This document shows, piece by piece, positions 24,001 to 28,323 of a DNA stretch of 28,323 bases. The stretch is from Tubiluchus corallicola. Lineage: Eukaryota > Animalia > Priapulida. Position numbers and translations under genes: made by a program. The notes beneath the pieces were generated by a model, which saw only the letters and a program-made list of their open reading frames with translations, made no database searches and was not told where the DNA came from. The stretch is taken from positions 1-28,323 of the forward strand of contig JAQGDQ010001712.1 of NCBI GenBank assembly GCA_030141605.1, written 5' to 3'. Within the stretch, counting starts at the first letter, position 1; the number at the start of each line of letters is the position of its first letter.

Positions 24001-27000
24001 TGCGTTGCAAAATAACCATGATTAAGTTATGTTTTTGCATTGTTACAAACTTTGAGATAACCGACTGAACCTCTTAACCGATGGGTGTAGTATTACAGGT
24101 ATAGAAGTATAAGTCATCAGTTTAATATGCGCTGCAAAGGTTTTTAATGAATTTTAGAAACGAAGTAATGCCTAAATTCCTTTGTGCAGTTAAAAATTAG
24201 AAATAATACTTTAAAATATTAATTTATGTAAGTGAATTAGCAATAAATTAAAAAGTATATTTTTCTAAATCACAGACTTTTCTAAGTGTGTTTATTTGCA
24301 AAAACTACAAAAATTCTTTCAAAATCATCTGCTTCATTTTCTCACAAAGAAGTTGACCCACAAAATCGTCGTGATTATAAAAATGTTGAAAATCTGTTGT
24401 TGTGTGTGACTAAAACAGTTCTGAATCGTCTGCTCACTTACATTGCCTGTATTTGCTGTACGATGTTTACGTAAGTTACAGGGATGCCAGCTGATTTTAT
24501 ACTGTACCTGCATCTTTGACTGTTAACTCATTAAGCTTGAAAGCGTGATTTGCAAAGAGAGCATCAAAAGGAAACCGCTAGGCAAGTGATTAAATGTTTA
24601 GCTTCCAGAGATTCTTTGGGTAACAATGGGCTAGGGGGTAACAGATTCAAAGCAAAACTGCTACGCTAGCTTATTAGTGTATAATAAAAGTACCTGCTTA
24701 TGAACAAAACGGTACTTAACATGATTGTTTCTACATACATAGTGCACAAAAGGGAAGTAAAGATTACATAAAAGTAGGAAAGGCTCTTTTGGCACATATA
24801 AATATCTTATTTTATGCAGGGTTATATGAGACAATTACCGATAGTTTTTATGTATATATTTCAATAGAAGCGGCCCGTTCCAGGCGTTTTTGAGTCAATT
24901 AAGCGCTTGAGTCTATTAACCTGGAGTCTATTAAGCGGCACCTACTCTATATTGCAAAAGCAGCTTTTAGCTTAATATTTTTCTTAATAGAAGACTTTTA
25001 TGCGTAAAAATTTGATTCACGAGAAAATCAGAGAATTATTCCTGTAGTTCAATTTGGTTCAAGCCAAATGCCAGACATTCACCTTCATTTGGTTTCAGCA
25101 AATTGCTGCATTGACTTGGTGATAATTTATCGGTACATGCAAGACTATATAACATCGATGTTGACCTTTGTGCATTTTGTATTATAAATTACATGGTTGA
25201 TTGCTTGGAATCCTAATTTGCAAGATTTTAGTCAAGGCATAGTCCCAATGTTTATATTTTGTTGTATATGTTTGGAATTTGAGGTTGGTTCTTTTGCTTC
25301 CAGAGAGTATTTTAAACGAACATCTTTTGAACAAGTGTAAAATGGAGAGAACAAATATGAAATGCAGAAAATGGTCTTATGCCAATTTTTGGTGGTTAGC
25401 CAACTTGCTCTTAATGGCTTTTGCTTGACTGTAATTTTTTTGAACACTCTCAGAAATGTCTCTGTCAGCCGTATAATTAGTTCTGCCGTTTTAGTGACTA
25501 TTAGTTAACAGTTTCTCCTGGTTTTATGGTTAACATGTAAGAATCTAATTGATAATAATTGCTTATTGCAGTCAAACCAGATGGTTATCTAACAATTGGT
25601 GAAGACAATGGAATCATATCTGCAACAAAAGAAATTGATCGTGATGATCCTGATGATGGAGTGGAACTCTTTACGGGATTGATTAGGGTCAGTGTTAAAA
25701 TATATTTGATTGGCATTGAATTGAATTAAAGGCTGCTCCTGCAATAAGTAGTTGGGAGAATTGTTGAAAATTTGTTTAGTTTCCTTGATGTTAATTTATG
25801 ATTCTAATTAATGAACACTGAAAAACACATCATGCCTACAACAATCGGCAATTCATTGAAAAGAGGGGTGCTGAAAAATTGTGAGTTAACTAGGGTTTGA
25901 ACCTGGAATTCATACCATTTGAGCTACTAACTCACTATGGGAAAGCTGGTCTAAAATCATAATCCTAGTAGTACGCAGTCACTGTCAGTCAGAGCAACCA
26001 TTATGCTATTAGTGGTACATGTATATCATAACAGTTACAATATATGCACACAGTCACATACACTCATCACACACGCATGTACTCACTACACACCTACGCA
26101 TACATGCAAGTGCTTACAAACCCACACACATTGAGAAAGACATCATGCTTACAACAATTTCTCTAATGATTTATCGAAAATTTGTTTTATTGTATATGAC
26201 ATTTATATTAATAAAGCTCAGGGGAGAAACTTATGGTATGCTTACCTGGCAATCTATTTGTAACTGTACTGAAACTGTCAAATATTTCTATGATTGCTGT
26301 TAAGATAGGGTTATGCAATTATCCATTTTAAAGTAAACCCCGATATGTATTTCTTTAATTGCTTGTATCTCACTACTTTGAACGTTTAATCATTTTTATT
26401 TAGTCATTCGTACACCCTAATTCAAACGTTCACAAACCAACAACAAAAACAGACAAAATTTGATTAAAATGCGGCCACAACAAAACAAATAATTATTTCA
26501 TTTTATTCATTGATAATACAGACTTCACAAGCTGTAGTTTGGTCCTCACATTACAAATTTCACAAATATAAGGTGTTAGTCAACTATCATAAATCTTTAC
26601 TTACATATTACCACTTACATGAATAGCATAATTGTCACAAGTAGCGCAATGCACAATAATCACCTTAAAAGGCATAATATAAATTCTAGTTAGGTGTACC
26701 ATAATTTTAACTATAATTTAGCACTATAGGCCTATACAGAGGGACTTGTTCTGTTAGCCAGTGAAAGCTAAGAGAGTCGTTCTTGTTGCTCATGTCGAGT
26801 GGCCTTATATAAACGTTTCCTTCATAAATTAATCTAAATAGTGGCCTTCATATAATGCATACTTCTATGGTCTGGAGCTACCTACATACAGACCTATTAG
26901 GGTAAATCTAAGTTTAACATTCAAGGCTCTATTATAAGACTGTAGTTAAGAAAAAGTGTTAGAGAATTTGGCTGCGATTTTAGACTAACACACAAAATTA

Positions 27001-27048
27001 AATTTAACTTCGGGAAATATATTCACTTAATTAACTATGTCGGGAAAT

Positions 27049-27092
<44 letters not shown>

Positions 27093-27821
27093 ATTTCCCG
27101 ACATAGTTAATTAAGTGAAGAAGGAGGCACTGAAAAACTGTAGACCAACTAGGGTTCGAACACAGAACCTCCTGCTTTCATGGCATGGCGCTGTACCATT
27201 TGAGCTACTAGCCTGACTTAGCAGAGTTGGACTGAATTCTCATCCTAGTAGCACACATTTAACTAGTGTCACCTGTCTACTATTAGCTTATATCACTATA
27301 TTTTGAATACACTCAGTGATGGTTGACTTATAAGCCTTTGCACTTTTCTGTATCTAGAATACATATTAAGAAAGACATCATGCTTACAACAACTAGGCTA
27401 TTGGCTAAGTAACTGAAGAAGAAGACACTGAAATATTGTGGACAAACTAGTTTACTATAAATAGCTTTTGGTAGTACTTCGAAAACTCTTGGAAAAATTT
27501 TTTGCAACAGAATATTTTCCATGAAAATGACGAAAACTAGGAAATTGTTATTATTTTCTGTGGGTTCTGCAATCATGACATATCTCCCATATAAGGTGGT
27601 GACATATTTTTACTAATACAATTCATTCTTTTTAGGCCTATCAAGTAGAGAATTTATTTTCGGAATTAGTACGAGATGCATTTGCATATGTTGAGCTTGT
27701 AGTACTTGATGTTAATGACAATGCTCCTTTGTTTGATCCTGATGCTTACGAAGTTGATTTACAAGAGAATCCTATTCTGAATGCATCTGTGATAAAAGTT
27801 TTTGCTCGAGATATTGATGAG
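8258..27821 (+). CDS. Multi-exon cadherin gene, 5' part (signal peptide + EC1-EC3 + start of EC4), PCDH15/CDHR5/Cad99C-like; incomplete at 3' end
   Basis: join(8258..8348,9220..9306,11746..11888,13686..13751,16015..16098,18115..18207,19210..19344,19980..20084,22879..22972,25572..25687,27636..27821) = 1200 nt. All introns are GT-AG with compatible phases (1,1,0,0,0,0,0,0,1,0) and there are no stops. Manual translation: MAAGVSIQSLGKGGMVMIMVLSLFSHVASQECNLDSDDAHVSIDGVYVAIYVDETDANEGETIATFSAYDGEPKIVEEGDYHHYFQLSKRDNNSLEIICTETFGYLNYEGKRNLNFKIDCRDGAGSGELTDVTVTIVDENINPPLFSEDSYAVSVSELSLPESVIFRDIRATDKDTSTNNNAITFSLTDDKDGLFAIQTIMNSDGDFSGHVIMKKYLEYNFLGDVYDLVVKASDRVHATTANLTINVIDEDNLPPTFSQDVYTTEFDEGANVNITFDEPIFAYDMDQGIDGAVKYEIVHIKPDGYLTIGEDNGIISATKEIDRDDPDDGVELFTGLIRAYQVENLFSELVRDAFAYVELVVLDVNDNAPLFDPDAYEVDLQENPILNASVIKVFARDIDE. 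Cadherin motifs: ATDKD, AYDMD, IDRD, LDVNDNAPLF, ARDID. The subfamily call is from remembered motif similarity, not a search. Confidence 0.93.
9220..9306 (+). CDS. Cadherin coding exon 2 (EC1 N-terminus, ECNLD...IYVDE)
   Basis: Acceptor cttttgcctttttag; donor AAG|gtgagt; 87 nt, phase 1-1, open frame. Confidence 0.85.
10280..10405. mobile_element. Academ-like transposon terminus (relic)
   Basis: Ends ...AAGCCAATCGCACTA (TAGTGCGATTGG on the minus strand), matching TAG...CTA-type termini. No partner end found. Confidence 0.3.
10433..10609. repeat. Imperfect long inverted repeat (MITE-like hairpin)
   Basis: Left arm aattttcctaggctttatttctgaaaaatgcacagttaccccacaagac...ctaaatgcccgtgaaaaa aligns with the reverse complement of the right arm aatttttctaggctccactttttgaaaaaacacatctacccaaaaagacctaaatacccttgaaaaaa. 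Confidence 0.75.
11746..11888 (+). CDS. Cadherin coding exon 3 (EC1)
   Basis: Acceptor tttgtttttaatcattgcag; donor AAT|gtaagt; GETIATFSA...YFQL...YLN; phase 1-0. Confidence 0.87.
12570..12800 (+). pseudogene. Highly decayed RTE-like LINE reverse-transcriptase (thumb region) fragment
   Basis: The stop-interrupted frame PYGLI...SLDSEVWRR...GNLTQILCSPSL...GPVI resembles the RTE pattern YLG..I....LD.EI.RRI..A...F..L..I..S..L....K..Y...I.PVL.YG.E.W. Judged by eye only. Confidence 0.33.
13686..13751 (+). CDS. Cadherin coding exon 4 (EC1, completes LN|YE motif; IDC)
   Basis: Acceptor ttttattgcag; donor TTG|gtaaat; 66 nt, phase 0-0. Confidence 0.85.
13785..13836. repeat. (AAT)n/(AAC)n compound microsatellite
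   Basis: Directly visible just downstream of coding exon 4. Confidence 0.85.
14949..15014. repeat. (TA)33 microsatellite
   Basis: Directly visible. Confidence 0.97.
15122..15790. mobile_element. hAT-like non-autonomous element relic
   Basis: The right end ...CGTTATCGTTAACATCCCTA (TAGGGATG on the minus strand) with subterminal CGATAC/TATCG repeats is typical of hAT MITEs. The left end (taagcgatgtaaa at 15122) is degenerate and there is no 8-bp TSD. Confidence 0.4.
16015..16098 (+). CDS. Cadherin coding exon 5 (EC1-EC2 linker VTIVDENINPPLF)
   Basis: Acceptor tttatttatag; donor GAG|gtaatg; 84 nt; ends in YAVSVSE. Confidence 0.9.
17975..18036. repeat. 31-bp tandem duplication (2 copies, 2 mismatches)
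   Basis: acattattggggtttgtgagatacagtattt followed by acattattggggtttgtgagatgcagtgttt. Confidence 0.9.
18115..18207 (+). CDS. Cadherin coding exon 6 (EC2, RATDKD)
   Basis: Long T-rich acceptor ending ttttag; donor ACT|gtaagt; 93 nt. Confidence 0.92.
19210..19344 (+). CDS. Cadherin coding exon 7 (EC2, GLFAI...YDLVVKAS)
   Basis: Acceptor gttttgcag; donor TCG|gtattt; 135 nt. Confidence 0.9.
19980..20084 (+). CDS. Cadherin coding exon 8 (EC2-EC3 linker LTINVIDEDNLPPTF)
   Basis: Acceptor ctttattttag; donor GAG|gtgtgc; 105 nt. Confidence 0.92.
20595..20694. repeat. Left TIR plus two subterminal copies of the core CG(C/T)ATATAAGCCGACC
   Basis: TIR 20595-20617; CGCATATAAGCCGACCCCCT at 20623-20642; ACTCGTATATAAGCCGACC at 20676-20694. 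Confidence 0.92.
20895..22229 (-). CDS. pogo-type transposase, 444 aa (Brinker-like DBD, CENP-B-type HTH, DDE_1 domain, acidic tail)
   Basis: First ATG at 22229 (MPGEKRKRMSYTADFKLKVI...); the track's start at 22394 is a GTG extension. Motifs: FTASTGWCTRFLNRH, NMDETP (D1), VWDQFKAH (D2), QPLDVSLNKPFK (D3). I count 35 residues between D2 and D3. AATAAA on the minus strand at 20834-20839. Confidence 0.96.
   Translation of the reverse strand: MPGEKRKRMSYTADFKLKVIKAAEETSNLEAARKFGVDESNVRRWKKDTSLDIAPKAKRANRGSKHGQYPEMEKEIFEWFEAQRKNGYGVSRLSVRLQALKIAQANKYEGFTASTGWCTRFLNRHSISLRQRTKIAQKLPSQYEHKLLGFQKYVIDQRKAGDFPLCRIGNMDETPMCFDMPSTITLNKKGEKTVLIKTTGHEKTHFTVVLACTADGGKLPLMVIFKRKTPPKDKFPSGVIIHQHPKGWMDEGVKKWLDKVWVRRNGGQLKKHSLLVWDQFKAHLTEKVKRKLKEEKTTQAVIPGGLTGMLQPLDVSLNKPFKTKMRNLWTLWMAEGKAELTAKGNFKRPSLSTVVSWVKTAWDEIPAEMVQKSFLKCSISNKLDGTEDDYLWQEETQETASDSEDDADEVLWDDDNVQYTKEEGRKLFGESDDEGGSDNDFEGF
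22285..22429 (-). promoter_or_regulatory. Putative internal promoter of the transposase
   Basis: Upstream of the ATG: TATA-like TTATAGA (22285-22291), E-box CACGTG (22294-22299), palindromic CCAATTGG (22326-22333), perfect CRE TGACGTCA (22338-22345), GC box GGGCGG (22424-22429). Motif presence only. Confidence 0.5.
22464..22539. repeat. Right TIR plus a subterminal copy in the opposite orientation to it
   Basis: CGCATATAAGCCGACCCCCT at 22464-22483 is identical to 20623-20642; TIR at 22517-22539. Confidence 0.92.
22879..22972 (+). CDS. Cadherin coding exon 9 (EC3, PIFAYDMDQG...VKYEI)
   Basis: Acceptor ttattgttttag; donor ATA|gtaagt; 94 nt, phase 0-1. Confidence 0.92.
24865..24947. mobile_element. 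Tigger/pogo- or Tc1-like MITE end fragment
   Basis: Three GAGTC(A/T)ATTAA subterminal repeats, then GCGGCACCTACTC|TA. The other end was not found. Confidence 0.38.
25572..25687 (+). CDS. Cadherin coding exon 10 (EC3, NGIISATKEIDRD)
   Basis: Acceptor gcttattgcag; donor AGG|gtcagt; 116 nt, phase 1-0. Confidence 0.9.
25810..26157 (-). repeat. tRNA-like-cassette repeat family, copy A (unit about 313 bp)
   Basis: Marker CATCATGC(C/T)TACAACAA at 25828 and 26141; shares CTGAAAAA, AACTAGGGTT(T/C)GAAC, TACCATTTGAGCTACTA and ATCCTAGTAG with 27118-27450. Confidence 0.8.
25882..25933 (-). pseudogene. tRNA-like cassette lacking the anticodon arm (52 nt)
   Basis: Minus strand: GAGTTAG TAGCTCAAATGGTA TGAATT CCAGG TTCAAAC CCTAG TTAACTC A, then caaTTTTT. 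A box, B box and a fully paired 7-bp acceptor stem. Confidence 0.65.
27022..27119. repeat. 98-bp near-perfect palindrome centred on (TA)n
   Basis: TTCACTTAATTAACTATGTCGGGAAAT(CA)4(TA)n(TG)5ATTTCCCGACATAGTTAATTAAGTGAA; one T-G mismatch (27057/27084). Confidence 0.95.
27093..27451 (-). repeat. tRNA-like-cassette repeat family, copy B plus the truncated start of a further unit (period about 298 bp)
   Basis: GAAGAAGGAGGCACTGAAAAACTGTAGACCAACTAG (from 27117) recurs as GAAGAAGAAGACACTGAAATATTGTGGACAAACTAG (from about 27415); marker CATCATGCTTACAACAA at 27376. Confidence 0.8.
27141..27214 (-). pseudogene. tRNA-like cassette/pseudo-tRNA (74 nt); anticodon not assignable
   Basis: Minus strand: AGGCTAG TAGCTCAAATGGTACAGC G CCATGC CATGAAA GCAGG AGGTT CTGTG TTCGAAC CCTAG TTGGTCT A, then cagTTTTT. 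A and B boxes and a cloverleaf with several mismatches; no U33. Confidence 0.7.
27636..27821 (+). CDS. Cadherin coding exon 11 (EC3-EC4 linker LDVNDNAPLF; EC4 ARDID)
   Basis: Acceptor attctttttag; donor GAG|gtgagt; 186 nt; canonical DxNDN. Confidence 0.95.
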
Positions 27822-28323
27822 GTGAGTAATTTATTGTGCGTCCTTTAATTGTCCTACAGTTTTCAAGATCTTTACAACCCTGTCTGAAACTTTCAGAGAA
27901 GTGCTATTTGAAGCTATCTTTATTAAAGTAAGCTTTTTTTGCACTTCCTGCAAACCGAGTTTATGAATAGCAGTATTCTTTGACACTCGTAATTTACTAG
28001 CAACATGCCACATGTAGTGACATCATCTAGTGGCGAACAGAGTAAAGCTTTAGGTAGTAGCACTAATGTGAGTGCCTTATGTAAATGAACTTGTTTTTGC
28101 TTAAATCTGATTGCTGTGATTTTCATATTGCGAGTGGTAAAAATTTTTGTTTGACGTAAAGTTTCGTTTTTACTGCTCTTTACACGAGTTGTTTGCTTTC
28201 TTTTCATGACATCTGCATTTACTAACATTGCTAGTTGTTGCCACTTTCCACTTTTACCTTGAGTGCAACTTATAGCCTTTGTTACTTTTATTCAGATGTC
28301 TGCATTCAGTTGCTTTTATTGCA

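Noticed and set aside
27141-27214. Functional tRNA gene
   Set aside because: Mismatches in the D and T stems, a bulged anticodon stem, no U33, and it sits within a repeat unit; treated as tRNA-like only.
27410-27436. Hammerhead ribozyme core (CTGAAGA...GAAA) in the repeat unit
   Set aside because: No convincing stem II or flanking stems and no cleavage triplet; the other copies lack the CTGANGA core.

Overview
AT-rich, intron-containing animal DNA, probably invertebrate; the species cannot be determined from this window. (1) The main feature is the 5' part of a multi-exon cadherin gene on the + strand that the ORF track misses. Eleven GT-AG coding exons between 8258 and 27821 splice in frame into 400 aa with no stop: signal peptide, EC1-EC3 and the start of EC4, continuing beyond the window. 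Its motifs point to the PCDH15/CDHR5/Cad99C-type non-classical cadherins. (2) Intron 8 holds a complete 1945-bp pogo-superfamily DD35D (Passer/POGK-like) DNA transposon at 20595-22539, in antisense orientation. It has an uninterrupted 444-aa transposase, perfect 23-bp TIRs and a TA target-site duplication. (3) Intron 10 holds a repeat family of about 300 bp per unit. It carries tRNA-like Pol III cassettes whose acceptor stems covary between copies, next to a 98-bp near-perfect palindrome centred on (TA)n. The rest is microsatellites and decayed transposon ends or fragments (Sola3-, foldback-, Academ-, hAT-, Helitron-, RTE- and Tigger-like), called with low to moderate confidence. Most short ORFs in the supplied track are spurious. 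I found no clearly new biological system; the tRNA-like repeat is the least explained signal.
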